Shown here: positions 42,259-51,742 of the stretch, piece by piece
How the letters are laid out: every line of letters starts with the position of its first letter
Position numbering within the stretch: position 1 is the stretch's first letter
From: Bacteroidota bacterium
GTDB taxonomy: Bacteria; Bacteroidota; Bacteroidia; UKL13-3
Length of the DNA stretch: 57,314 nt
Direction of reading: 5' to 3'
NCBI GenBank assembly: GCA_046314755.1
Contig: JBKDBG010000105.1
Span: 1 to 57,314 of the forward strand
The notes under the pieces: generated by a model
What the model was told of the DNA's origin: nothing
What the model saw: only the letters and a program-made list of their open reading frames with translations
The model's database searches: none
Program-made: the position numbers and the translations under genes

Positions 42259-43119
42259 ATGAGTTCTACAGTCGATACCATTAAGTTGTTACGCTTTCCA
42301 TTTTCACTATTGTTAATGCCTGTCTTTTTGTTTGGTATTAGCCAAACAGAACAGCCCAATTGGGTTCATACTGTTGTGATATTTTTGGTGATGCATATGT
42401 TGGTTTATCCCGCCAGTAATGGTTACAATAGTTTTATGGATGAAGATAAAGGTCCGATTGGAGGTTTGGAGAATCCTCCAAAGCCTTCTCGTGCCTTATT
42501 TTATATCACCATTGTGTTTGATGTAATTGCAGTAATGGCAGCACTGTTTGTAGGACTAAAACTTGCATTGATGATATTGATTTATATTTTGGTATCAAGA
42601 GCTTACAGTAACAAACATATTCGTTTAAAGAAGTATGCCTTAATTTCCTATTTGGTGGTGATGTTTTTTCAAGGAAGTTTGGTGTTTGCCATTGCACAGG
42701 AAGCGGCCGGAGATCTCGCATTGATTACAAATTTTTATGCGGTGCAAGCTGCGTTCTTTACCATTGGAGGTATTTATCCTTTAACCCAAATCTATCAACA
42801 TGATGAAGATGCTAAACGCGGTGATTATACCATTAGTTTGAAGTTGGGTGTAAAAGGCACTTTTAAGTTAAGTGCAGTGATGTTTTTTATAGCATCTGCA
42901 CTTACTTTCATGCACTTTTATGCTATTGATGATTTGGTTGGTTTTTATTTGTACTTACTCTTTTTGTCTCCCGTGGCGGCCTATTTTACCTGGTGGATGA
43001 AAAATGCATCAAAAGCGCCCCAACTGGCTAACCATAAATTCACCATGTTGATGTGCATCATAGCAGCGGCTTGTATGAACCTGTATTATTTGCTGTTAAA
43101 TCTCCTTAATCATTTCTAA
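42259..43119 (+). CDS. UbiA-family prenyltransferase
   Basis: Polytopic membrane protein; NGYNSFMDED.G and TQIYQHDEDAKRGD Asp-rich motifs; AYS...RLK. Confidence 0.85.
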   Translation: MSSTVDTIKLLRFPFSLLLMPVFLFGISQTEQPNWVHTVVIFLVMHMLVYPASNGYNSFMDEDKGPIGGLENPPKPSRALFYITIVFDVIAVMAALFVGLKLALMILIYILVSRAYSNKHIRLKKYALISYLVVMFFQGSLVFAIAQEAAGDLALITNFYAVQAAFFTIGGIYPLTQIYQHDEDAKRGDYTISLKLGVKGTFKLSAVMFFIASALTFMHFYAIDDLVGFYLYLLFLSPVAAYFTWWMKNASKAPQLANHKFTMLMCIIAAACMNLYYLLLNLLNHF

Positions 43120-44219
43120 TGAGTTACATTCATTCCATCGCAACGGCACTTCCTGATTATGAACTTCCACAAATGGAGGCGCTTGATTTTATGCAACATT
43201 TTTTTGCGTGTGATGAAGTTGAAAAAAGAAGGTTAACGGCTTTGTATGAGCGCTCGGGTATTGAAAGGCGATACTCGGTTGTTCCTGATTATAATCGAAA
43301 GCTCAATCAACAACAACTATTTAAAAATACTACGCAATACGAACCTTTTCCTAGCGTAGAAAAACGCATGGAAATTTATGCTTCGGAAAGTGTGAAGTTG
43401 GCACTAGAGGCTGTGAAACAATTGACGTACTCGGATATTCAACTTTCAAGCATTACCCATTTAATCACTATTTCGTGTACGGGAATGAGTGCTCCCGGAC
43501 TTGATTTGGCGTTAATGGAGCATTTACAATTAAAACCTTCTGTGCCGCGAACTTCCGTGAATTTTATGGGCTGTTATGCAGCTGTTCATGGTTTAAAGTT
43601 GGCTCATGCCATTTGCCAAAGTAACAAGCAAGCACAAGTTCTTTTGGTAAGTGTTGAGTTGTGCTCTTTACATTTTCAAAAAACGTTTGATTATGATAAT
43701 GTAACCGCAAGTGCCATTTTTTCGGATGGTGCTGCTGCTTGTTTGGTTTGTGGTGACGAGGTAAAATACAATTCACCTAAAAATATTCGTATACATGATT
43801 TTTACAGTGAGGTGTTTTTTGAAGGCAAAAAGGACATGGCTTGGCAAATTGCCAATACAGGTTTTCTTATGACGCTGAGCAGTTACATACCATCGTTGGT
43901 TCAACAAAATATTGATGCTTTATTGGGCAGAGCCATGGCGCATTACCAAACATCAAAACCGGAAATTAATTTATGGGCAATACACCCCGGTGGCCGAAAA
44001 ATATTGGAAGCGATAGCAAGCCAACTCCAACTTCAACCATCTGATTTGACATATTCATACGAGGTGTTGAAGAATTATGGAAACATGTCATCGGCTACCA
44101 TACTTTTTGTGTTAAAAAATATGATGGAGCAAAATGATGTGCATGGAAAAATTTTAGGCGCTGCATTTGGCCCGGGTTTAACCATGGAAACCTTTTTAAT
44201 GGAAAAAACAAGTGTTTAA
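43119..44219 (+). CDS. Type III polyketide synthase (chalcone-synthase-like)
   Basis: Intact Cys-His-Asn triad: FMGCYAA, WAIHPGG, YGNMSS; also VELCSLH, FSDGAAA, AFGPGLT. Confidence 0.95.
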   Translation: MSYIHSIATALPDYELPQMEALDFMQHFFACDEVEKRRLTALYERSGIERRYSVVPDYNRKLNQQQLFKNTTQYEPFPSVEKRMEIYASESVKLALEAVKQLTYSDIQLSSITHLITISCTGMSAPGLDLALMEHLQLKPSVPRTSVNFMGCYAAVHGLKLAHAICQSNKQAQVLLVSVELCSLHFQKTFDYDNVTASAIFSDGAAACLVCGDEVKYNSPKNIRIHDFYSEVFFEGKKDMAWQIANTGFLMTLSSYIPSLVQQNIDALLGRAMAHYQTSKPEINLWAIHPGGRKILEAIASQLQLQPSDLTYSYEVLKNYGNMSSATILFVLKNMMEQNDVHGKILGAAFGPGLTMETFLMEKTSV

Positions 44220-44892
44220 TCAACGTTCATATCAAGCAGAGTTGTTGGATGATACCAATATTCCAAAACAGGATTTATTTCAGAATTTGCGTGAGTTACA
44301 TACAATTAATACTTGGCTTGGCGGACATCAAGCTACACTCAAAGCATTAAAAAAACTATGTACCAAAACCGATTATACTTATCGTATATTGGATGTAGGT
44401 TGTGGTGGAGGTGATACCTTAAAGGTAATGGCTGATTGGGGGAGAAAAAACAATATTCAACTTAAGTTGGTTGGCGTTGATTTGAAACAAGATTGTATTG
44501 AATATGCCTCAGCGTTTTGTGCAGATTATCCGGAGATAACTTTTGAGCGTTGCGATTATCGCGACTTAAATCAACGCGAAACCGATATTGTGGTAACCTC
44601 ACTTTTTTGTCACCATTTGCATGAAGATGAAATTATTCAACTGATTGGTTGGAGTAAGGAACATGCAAAAATGGGTATGGTGATTAATGATTTGCACCGA
44701 CATCCGTTTGCGTACTACAGCATAGCTTTACTCACCAGTTTTTTTTCAAAATCATATTTAGTAAAACACGATGCTAAGTTATCTGTGCTACGAGGGTTTT
44801 CACTTGCCGACTGGAAGAAAATAACTTCAACTTTTAAGGCAGAAATAAAATGGTGTTGGGCTTTTAGATGGTTAGTGATGATACCTTCATGA
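44212..44892 (+). CDS. SAM-dependent methyltransferase (T3PKS-associated)
   Basis: RS..AELLDD, ILDVGCGGGD, SLFCHH, INDLHRH, HDAKLSV.RGF. Confidence 0.9.
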   Translation: MFNQRSYQAELLDDTNIPKQDLFQNLRELHTINTWLGGHQATLKALKKLCTKTDYTYRILDVGCGGGDTLKVMADWGRKNNIQLKLVGVDLKQDCIEYASAFCADYPEITFERCDYRDLNQRETDIVVTSLFCHHLHEDEIIQLIGWSKEHAKMGMVINDLHRHPFAYYSIALLTSFFSKSYLVKHDAKLSVLRGFSLADWKKITSTFKAEIKWCWAFRWLVMIPS

Positions 44893-46019
44893 GTATTGAA
44901 ACAACATATGATGCAGCCATTATTGGTGGTGGCTTAGGCGGATTAACGCTTGCTATTTCGCTTGCAAAAGCGGGTAAATCAATTCTTTTGTTGGAAAAAG
45001 AAAGTTATCCTTTTCATCGGGTATGTGGGGAGTACATCAGCATGGAAAGTTATGATTTTTTACAACGCTTGGGTTTGCCGCTTGATGCGTTGAATTTGCC
45101 TCGTATCAATCGATTAAAAGTAAGTGCACCCAACGGTAGATTTTTAACGCATCAATTAGATTTGGGTGGGTTTGGAATTAGTCGTTATAAACTTGATGAG
45201 CTGTTATACCATTTGGCTGTTCAAGCAGGAGTTCATGTTCACTGTCAAACCAAAGTAAATGATGTAACCCTACAAGGTGCACACTTTATCATTCATACCT
45301 CAAAGGGTTTATTTCAATCGAAACAAACTTTTGGTGCGTGGGGCAAACGTGCGAATTTGGATGTGAAACAAAAGCGTGATTTTATTCAACCGCGCAAACG
45401 TTCGTTGTCTAATTACATAGGAATAAAGTACCATATTAAAGTTGATATGCCGGATGACGTGATTGAACTGCATAATTTTAAGGATGGCTACTGCGGAATT
45501 TCTAAAATTGAAGACGACAAATATTGCTTTTGTTATTTAACCACTGCCGATTTGTTAAAACAATTTGATGGAAATATCAAGGCAATGGAAGAGCAAGTAT
45601 TGTATCAAAATCCTTTTCTGAAACACTACTTTTCCAACGCTACTTTTTTATTTGATGAACCTTTAGCGATTTCTCAAATCAGCTTCGAAAAAAAATCAAT
45701 CAGCGAAAATGGAGTACTTATGCTTGGTGATGCCGCAGGTTTAATTACACCTTTGTGCGGCAACGGTATGAGCATGGCCATGCATTCTGCATATGTGTTG
45801 GCACAACTTGTATTGCAATACGAGCAAAGGGCTGAATTATTGGAGCAAGCCTACCAAGCCGAATGGAATAAGTTGTTTGCCACACGCTTAAAAACCGGCC
45901 GGTTCATTCAAAGTTTGTTCGGCCATCCGGTTCTTACCAACTTAACCATCATGGCACTTAAGCCTTTTCCATTTGTTATTCATCAACTAGTTTCTGCCAC
46001 TCACGGTAAACCTTTTTAG
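44889..46019 (+). CDS. FAD-dependent oxidoreductase (geranylgeranyl-reductase / flavin monooxygenase-like)
   Basis: IIGGGLGGL, RVCGEY, GDAAGLITPLCGNGMSMA; ATGA overlap with the upstream stop. Confidence 0.88.
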   Translation: MSIETTYDAAIIGGGLGGLTLAISLAKAGKSILLLEKESYPFHRVCGEYISMESYDFLQRLGLPLDALNLPRINRLKVSAPNGRFLTHQLDLGGFGISRYKLDELLYHLAVQAGVHVHCQTKVNDVTLQGAHFIIHTSKGLFQSKQTFGAWGKRANLDVKQKRDFIQPRKRSLSNYIGIKYHIKVDMPDDVIELHNFKDGYCGISKIEDDKYCFCYLTTADLLKQFDGNIKAMEEQVLYQNPFLKHYFSNATFLFDEPLAISQISFEKKSISENGVLMLGDAAGLITPLCGNGMSMAMHSAYVLAQLVLQYEQRAELLEQAYQAEWNKLFATRLKTGRFIQSLFGHPVLTNLTIMALKPFPFVIHQLVSATHGKPF

Positions 46020-46040
46020 TTTAGTCTTGTTTCAATTAGT

Positions 46041-46724
46041 ATGAAACATTACGTAATTATAGGGGCATCAAGCGGTATAGGATGGCAATTGGCAAAAAAC
46101 TTAAGCGAACACCACCACATCACTGCTTTAAGCCGAAATCCACTGCCTGAGCGTTTACAAAATACAACCCATCATGTGTGTGATATTTCATTAGAACAAC
46201 CGGATTTTCCTGTCATTGATAAGCCTGTTGACGGATTAATTTATTGTCCCGGCTCTATTAATCTTAAGCCTTTTCGCTCATTTAAAATAGATGATTTCAC
46301 CAACGATTTGAACATTAATTTATTCGGAGCGATTAAAAGTATTAAACACTTTTTGCCTCAATTACAGCAGGCAGAAAATTCATCGGTGGTTTTATTTAGT
46401 ACGGTTGCCGTACAAACAGGCATGTCTTTTCACGCAAGTATTGCAGCTGCAAAAGGCGCGGTAGAGGGTTTAACACGAAGTTTAGCTGCCGAGTTTGCTC
46501 CTAAAATCAGGGTGAATGCAGTGGCTCCTTCTTTAACGCACACACCGTTGGCTGATAAATTATTGAATGCAGAAGCAAAATTAAAAGCAGCTGAAGAGCG
46601 CCATCCGTTGAAAAAAATTGGTTCACCTGATGATATGGCTAAAGCAGTACAATATTTGTTAGATGCCAATTGGGTTACAGGTGAAATTTTAGCCGTAAAT
46701 GGTGGAATGAGTAGTATAAGATAA
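46041..46724 (+). CDS. Short-chain dehydrogenase/reductase (atypical: no YxxxK Tyr)
   Basis: IIGASSGIG, FSTVA, HASIAAAK, RVNAVAPSLT, TGEILAVNGG. Confidence 0.9.
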   Translation: MKHYVIIGASSGIGWQLAKNLSEHHHITALSRNPLPERLQNTTHHVCDISLEQPDFPVIDKPVDGLIYCPGSINLKPFRSFKIDDFTNDLNINLFGAIKSIKHFLPQLQQAENSSVVLFSTVAVQTGMSFHASIAAAKGAVEGLTRSLAAEFAPKIRVNAVAPSLTHTPLADKLLNAEAKLKAAEERHPLKKIGSPDDMAKAVQYLLDANWVTGEILAVNGGMSSIR

Positions 46725-46725
46725 T

Positions 46726-47355
46726 ATGAAACACATTACGCTGGAGAACATTTTAGGGATGGAAAAACAATTCCGTACCAATTTAATTAATTCACTTCCG
46801 GGTGTTCGCGGAGCCAATTTAATCGGCACGGTAAATGAAAACGGGGAAACCAATTTGGCCATATTTAACTCCGTGATGCACATTGGTGCGCATCCGCCTT
46901 ATATGGGTTTAATTATGCGTCCGGTTTCTGTGCCTCGCGGAACATATAACAACATCAAACAAACCGGTGTGTTTACCATCAATCATGTGCATGAGGGTAT
47001 TATTAAACAAGCCCATCAAACTTCTGCACGATACGAAACAAGTGAATTTGCCGCCACAGGTTTAACAGCGTGGTACAGCCAACAACACAAAGCGCCTTAT
47101 GTTGCTGAAAGTGTTGTTAAAATAGGCTTACGATTTGTTGAGGAGCACCACATTGCTTGCAACCAAACGATTTTATTGGTAGGAGAGGTGCAAGAAATTA
47201 TTTTATCGGACGATTATTTAAGTGAAACAGGAATATTACAATTGAATCAAACCAAAAGTGTGGGCGTAAACGGTTTAGAAACGTATTATGGATTAGAGAA
47301 ACTGGTGGAGTTGCCTTATGCAAAGCCTGATGGGAATATTTTAAATTTAAGCTGA
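46726..47355 (+). CDS. Flavin reductase family protein
   Basis: NLIGT...NLAIFNSVMHIGA.PP, TY.NIK.TG.FTINHV, SEF..TGL, APYVAES. Confidence 0.85.
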   Translation: MKHITLENILGMEKQFRTNLINSLPGVRGANLIGTVNENGETNLAIFNSVMHIGAHPPYMGLIMRPVSVPRGTYNNIKQTGVFTINHVHEGIIKQAHQTSARYETSEFAATGLTAWYSQQHKAPYVAESVVKIGLRFVEEHHIACNQTILLVGEVQEIILSDDYLSETGILQLNQTKSVGVNGLETYYGLEKLVELPYAKPDGNILNLS

Positions 47356-47358
47356 TCC

Positions 47359-48891
47359 ATGAAAACCTTAAGGCTTATTCTAGGCGATCAACTGAATTCA
47401 AATCATACATGGTTTAAGCAAGTTGATGATGATATGGTTTATGTGCTGTTTGAGATGCGACAAGAAACAGATTACGTAAAGCACCATATTCAAAAAATTG
47501 TCGGCTTTTTCTCCGCCATGCGTGCTTTTGCCCAATCGCTCGAAGCTCAAGGTCACCGCGTTATTTATTATCGGATCAATGATGACCATAATACCCAATC
47601 ACTCACTCAAAATTTATCTCAACTCATACAAAAACATTCAATCAAAAAATTTGAATACCAACTGCCTGATGAATACCGATTAGATGCTCAACTGAAAGCC
47701 TTTTGCAAGGAGTTAAACATACCGCATGAGATGTTTGATACCGAACATTTTTTAAGCAGCAGAAATGATGTTGAACAAATGTTTGAAGGCAAAAAACAAA
47801 TTTTGATGGAAACGTTTTACCGCGATATGCGGAGGCGTTACCATATTTTAATGGAGGATAAAAATCCGGTTGGCGGCAAATGGAATTATGATGCAGAGAA
47901 CAGAAACAAATGGAAGGGAAATCCTGCTGCACCTGCTCATTCGGCAGTAGTAAATGTGGTGGGTGATGTGCTGAAGGAAATTGAACAAAGTGGAGCAAGT
48001 TATTTTGGCCATATTGATGCAGAAAAATTTGTTTGGCCCATTACACGTGAACAATCTTTAACCTTATTAGATGAGTTTGTAACATTTTCACTTCCTTATT
48101 TCGGGCAGTTTCAAGATGCCATGTCGCAAAAAGAAAATTTTCTTTTTCACTCCAGGTTATCTTTTGCATTAAACATAAAAATGCTGCATCCGTTAGAGGT
48201 GGTGCAAACTTCTATTGAAGCATGGCAAAAAAAGCCGAGTGTTATTACGCTACCGCAGGTAGAGGGTTTTGTTAGGCAAATTATTGGTTGGCGTGAATAC
48301 ATGCGTGGAATTTATTGGTGGAAAATGCCCGAGTATGAAACCTTAAATTATTTCAACCATCAAAATAAATTGCCTCATTACTTTTGGGATGCGCAAACCA
48401 ACATGAATTGTGTGAAGCATGCCGTACAAAACAGCTTGGATTTTGCTTATGCGCACCATATCCAACGCTTAATGGTAACAGGTAATTTTGCTTTATTGGC
48501 AGGTATACATCCTGATGAGGTAGATGCCTGGTATTTGGGCGTGTATATTGATGCTTTGCAATGGGTTGAAATCACCAATACACGCGGCATGAGTCAATAT
48601 GCCGATGGTGGAATTGTTGGCAGTAAACCGTATGTTTCATCGGCAAATTACATTGATAAAATGAGTGATTATTGCTCGGGATGTGCGTATGATAAATCAA
48701 AAAAACATGGACACATGGCTTGCCCTTTTAATAGTTTGTATTGGTATTTTTACGAACGTAACAGGCCATTGCTAGGTAAAAACAACAGAATTGGCATGAT
48801 GTACAATGTGCTCAACAAAATGAATCCGGAGGAGAAACAGTTGATTTTAAACCAAGCAGAAATTTATTTGCAACAACTTGAAACCTTGTAA
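47359..48891 (+). CDS. FeS-cluster cryptochrome/photolyase (PhrB/CryB-like, probable (6-4) photolyase)
   Basis: LILGDQL, GGKWNYDAENR, FG.FQDAM, EGFVRQIIGWREY, HHIQRLM; four Cys in MNC, YCSGC, ACPFNSLYW. Confidence 0.92.
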   Translation: MKTLRLILGDQLNSNHTWFKQVDDDMVYVLFEMRQETDYVKHHIQKIVGFFSAMRAFAQSLEAQGHRVIYYRINDDHNTQSLTQNLSQLIQKHSIKKFEYQLPDEYRLDAQLKAFCKELNIPHEMFDTEHFLSSRNDVEQMFEGKKQILMETFYRDMRRRYHILMEDKNPVGGKWNYDAENRNKWKGNPAAPAHSAVVNVVGDVLKEIEQSGASYFGHIDAEKFVWPITREQSLTLLDEFVTFSLPYFGQFQDAMSQKENFLFHSRLSFALNIKMLHPLEVVQTSIEAWQKKPSVITLPQVEGFVRQIIGWREYMRGIYWWKMPEYETLNYFNHQNKLPHYFWDAQTNMNCVKHAVQNSLDFAYAHHIQRLMVTGNFALLAGIHPDEVDAWYLGVYIDALQWVEITNTRGMSQYADGGIVGSKPYVSSANYIDKMSDYCSGCAYDKSKKHGHMACPFNSLYWYFYERNRPLLGKNNRIGMMYNVLNKMNPEEKQLILNQAEIYLQQLETL

Positions 48892-49096
48892 TTGGTGTCG
48901 CATTTCTAACATGCCTTTGTTGCGTTATTCACCAATTATCCACGCCACTTTTTTATTTCTGTCTATTTTTTAAGAAGTCACGAATGTCGCAATGGATGCG
49001 CCTTTTGGGCTTGTAATGAATGTATAAATAATTTCCTGCTTCAATATCCACCGCCCTTTTGGCCAAGCCAATTTAAAAAGCAATATAAATGCTGAG

Positions 49097-49104
49097 TAGT
49101 TTTG
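49097..49104 (+). promoter_or_regulatory. -7 promoter box (TAGTTTTG)
   Basis: TAnnTTTG 5 nt before ATG 49110. Confidence 0.55.
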
Positions 49105-49109
49105 GGAGT

Positions 49110-50288
49110 ATGATATTAGTAAATAAACTGGAGCCCGCTATAGCCATTGAAAGCCATCATTATGATTGCCTTCACCAATATACGGAGTTGCTGAAGATTT
49201 ACGATTTTATTGATTTACCCGATCAGATAAAAACGATTGAGCAAACCAACAGTGCTATTTTGCGTGCTTATTATGCCAATGCCATTGACCATAATATCAT
49301 TGATATAAAAGTTGTAAAATACATTTATGAAGGCAAGATTAAGCCCAAACCGCTTGCCGAAAGAAGTGTTGAACAATTTATTAAAGCAGAGCAATGGTTA
49401 CAAACGCAAATGGATCAACCGTTGAGTGTTGGCATGCTGTATCAATTACAAACGTTACTCATACTTGATTTATACAACAACAGAGATGATGTAAACCTCT
49501 TTACAGCCAATGCCACAAAAGCTCCCGAAAAGTTAAGCGCAACGGCCGAACTTGAGTTGGACAGTTTGTTCGAGTATATGAATCATGATACGGAACATCA
49601 TCCGATTGTTAAAAGTTGGGTGTTGCATTTTAGACTCCTACAAATACGTTTGTTTAGTGAAGCAAAAACAAAAATGGCTTCTCTCTTGCAATATTTTTGG
49701 CTCTGCAAACATGGCATTAACATGCATGGGTTGGTTAGCCTTGATCATGAGTTGTATGTAAATAAAACCGAATACCTTGCATTTTTAGGCGAAGTAGAAA
49801 CCGTAAGAGATGTGGAGAAGGTAGCCGCATCTGAGCAGCAACAGCTTGATTTTGGGATGCAGTTGTTCACCGCCCAGTTAGAGCGTTTAAAACTTTTATT
49901 GCGTTCTTATTTTCGCCAGCAAGTTGAGTTTGATAAACTGAATGCACGCCAAAAAAACATCATGAATTATGTGTTTGAGCGTGGGTATAGATTAAAAGAA
50001 TTTGATGATAAGGTATTAAACCAACGTCAAAAATTGATTATGTATATCATTCAACACAAAGGATTTATCAGCACCAAAGAATTGGTGAATGAATTTGAGT
50101 GTAACCGTAAAACCATACAACGTGATTTTGCTGTATTGCTTGAACTGAATTTAGTAAAAGTAATTGGTAAAGGTGCCGGTTTGAGGTATGCTGTAAACGT
50201 GATTGAAAACAGGCACGAGTATTTACAGAAGTATCAATCTTCATTGGTGATTGATGAAGAAACAGAACTTTCAGACGAAGATTTTTAA
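49110..50288 (+). CDS. Fic/Fido-like protein with degenerate catalytic motif and C-terminal DeoR-like winged HTH
   Basis: HPIVKSWVLHFRLLQIRLFSEAKTKMASLL aligns to the Fic helix-loop HP...H..F..IHPFxDGNGRxxRLL; C-terminal ISTKELVNEFECNRKTIQRDF..L...G.GAGLRY. Confidence 0.72.
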   Translation: MILVNKLEPAIAIESHHYDCLHQYTELLKIYDFIDLPDQIKTIEQTNSAILRAYYANAIDHNIIDIKVVKYIYEGKIKPKPLAERSVEQFIKAEQWLQTQMDQPLSVGMLYQLQTLLILDLYNNRDDVNLFTANATKAPEKLSATAELELDSLFEYMNHDTEHHPIVKSWVLHFRLLQIRLFSEAKTKMASLLQYFWLCKHGINMHGLVSLDHELYVNKTEYLAFLGEVETVRDVEKVAASEQQQLDFGMQLFTAQLERLKLLLRSYFRQQVEFDKLNARQKNIMNYVFERGYRLKEFDDKVLNQRQKLIMYIIQHKGFISTKELVNEFECNRKTIQRDFAVLLELNLVKVIGKGAGLRYAVNVIENRHEYLQKYQSSLVIDEETELSDEDF

Positions 50289-50306
50289 TCAACGTTTATC
50301 TTATAA

Positions 50307-50336
50307 AAAAGGCTGTTCATAACTGAACAGCCTTTT
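50307..50336. terminator. Bidirectional intrinsic terminator between convergent genes
   Basis: AAAAGGCTGTTCA-taac-TGAACAGCCTTTT. Confidence 0.85.
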
Positions 50337-50339
50337 AGT

Positions 50340-50561
50340 TTAAAGCTCATCTTCATTATAGAAGTAATCTTCATTGGTTGGATAGTCCGGCCAAACCTCT
50401 TCAATGCTTTCAAAAGGTTCTCCATCGTCTTCAATTTCCTGAAGGTTTTCTATTACTTCAAGTGGCGCACCGCTTCTAATGGCATAGTCTATCAACTCGT
50501 CTTTTGTTGCAGGCCATGGTGCATCATCTAAATATGAGGCTAATTCTAACGTCCAGTACAT
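50340..50561 (-). CDS. DUF2795 small acidic protein
   Basis: MYWTLELASYLDDAPWPATKDELIDYAIRSGAPLEVIENL, a highly conserved Bacteroidota sequence. Confidence 0.92.
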   Translation of the reverse strand: MYWTLELASYLDDAPWPATKDELIDYAIRSGAPLEVIENLQEIEDDGEPFESIEEVWPDYPTNEDYFYNEDEL

Positions 50562-50646
50562 AACAATCGTTTTTTCTTAACGCGAATATAAAAAAGTTCG
50601 CTTTTTAAAAAAGTTATTTTTATGGGAAAATTTCTTTACCCAAAAG

Positions 50647-51738
50647 TTAGGCGTTATTACACGCTAAAACCTTGGCAATGGTAGCTTTACGATCCGGTTT
50701 TCCGCTTTCAAGCCGTTCAAACTCATCAACAAAATAAAACTTTTTGGGTGCTGCGTATTTGCCTAAGGTGGCTTTACAGTGGTTTTTTAAATCTTCCATC
50801 ATCTCTTCATTCAATGGTTCACCCAACATTACTACCACAGCAATTTCACCAAACTTCTCATCTGTTTTTCGGCAAACAAACATAGGGCGTGGTGGCATTT
50901 CCAATTCATTAAACCGATCAAGTATTGCATGTTCAATGTCATAGCTAAAAAATTTTATGCCTCCGCTGTTAATCACTTCATCAATTCGGCCTGATAATTC
51001 AAAGTGAGTATCATCAATTAATTTAACCACATCATTAGTTACCAACCATTGGTCATCCGTTACCGGTGCGCATATGCATAAACAATTCCTTTCATCAATC
51101 CTTATTTTTACATCAGGCATTACTTTGTAGTACGTTTCTTTGCCCAGTTCTCGTAAGGCAATATGGCTCAACGTTTCGGTCATTCCGTATGTTTGCCAAA
51201 CCTTACACGGCAAGTTACCCAGTAATTTGAGCAATTGATTATCAGCAGGAGCTCCGCCCAATAAAACATGTTTAAACAAGCTTAATTTATTTCTTAATTC
51301 CTCCTCTTCATGTAAAGCAAATACTTGCATGGGTGCGAATGAAACCAAGGTGTATTCGTGTTTGCTATCAACTAATGCAAGTGGATTTGATGATGGTGCA
51401 GTAATGGTAATATCACAGCCTAAAATCATACCACGTACCAACAGCATGGCACCGCCAATCATTTTTGAGCTGATACATAAATAGATTTTTTCATTTGAAG
51501 TTAGACCCAACATATCAATAGTACCTTGTGCGCTTATTTGCATGTGTTTTCTATCGGTAATAATTGATTTAGGAGAGCCTGTACTGCCGGATGTATTGAA
51601 GGTAAAAGTTTCTTTGCCTCTTAACCAATCTCTGCAAAAGTTTAAGGTTTCATGATAATATTCATCTTGAAATTGGTAAGTGCCTTCTCTTACTTCTTCG
51701 TAAGTGAAAGATTGGTTTTGAACAAAAAACTTATTCAT
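50647..51738 (-). CDS. menE: O-succinylbenzoate-CoA ligase-like AMP-binding protein
   Basis: TSGSTGSPK, LLGGAP, YGMTETLSHIA, TND, GRIDEVINSGG.K, SGK.DR; short Bacteroidota MenE-type architecture. Confidence 0.8.
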   Translation of the reverse strand: MNKFFVQNQSFTYEEVREGTYQFQDEYYHETLNFCRDWLRGKETFTFNTSGSTGSPKSIITDRKHMQISAQGTIDMLGLTSNEKIYLCISSKMIGGAMLLVRGMILGCDITITAPSSNPLALVDSKHEYTLVSFAPMQVFALHEEEELRNKLSLFKHVLLGGAPADNQLLKLLGNLPCKVWQTYGMTETLSHIALRELGKETYYKVMPDVKIRIDERNCLCICAPVTDDQWLVTNDVVKLIDDTHFELSGRIDEVINSGGIKFFSYDIEHAILDRFNELEMPPRPMFVCRKTDEKFGEIAVVVMLGEPLNEEMMEDLKNHCKATLGKYAAPKKFYFVDEFERLESGKPDRKATIAKVLACNNA

Positions 51739-51742
51739 GATA

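Noticed and set aside
44889-46019. Flavin-dependent halogenase call
   Set aside because: No WxWxIP motif is visible (region reads GYCGISKI), so it is left as a generic FAD oxidoreductase.
49110-50561. Fic-like gene plus DUF2795 as a toxin-antitoxin pair
   Set aside because: The genes are convergent with a terminator between them, and the Fic motif is degenerate.
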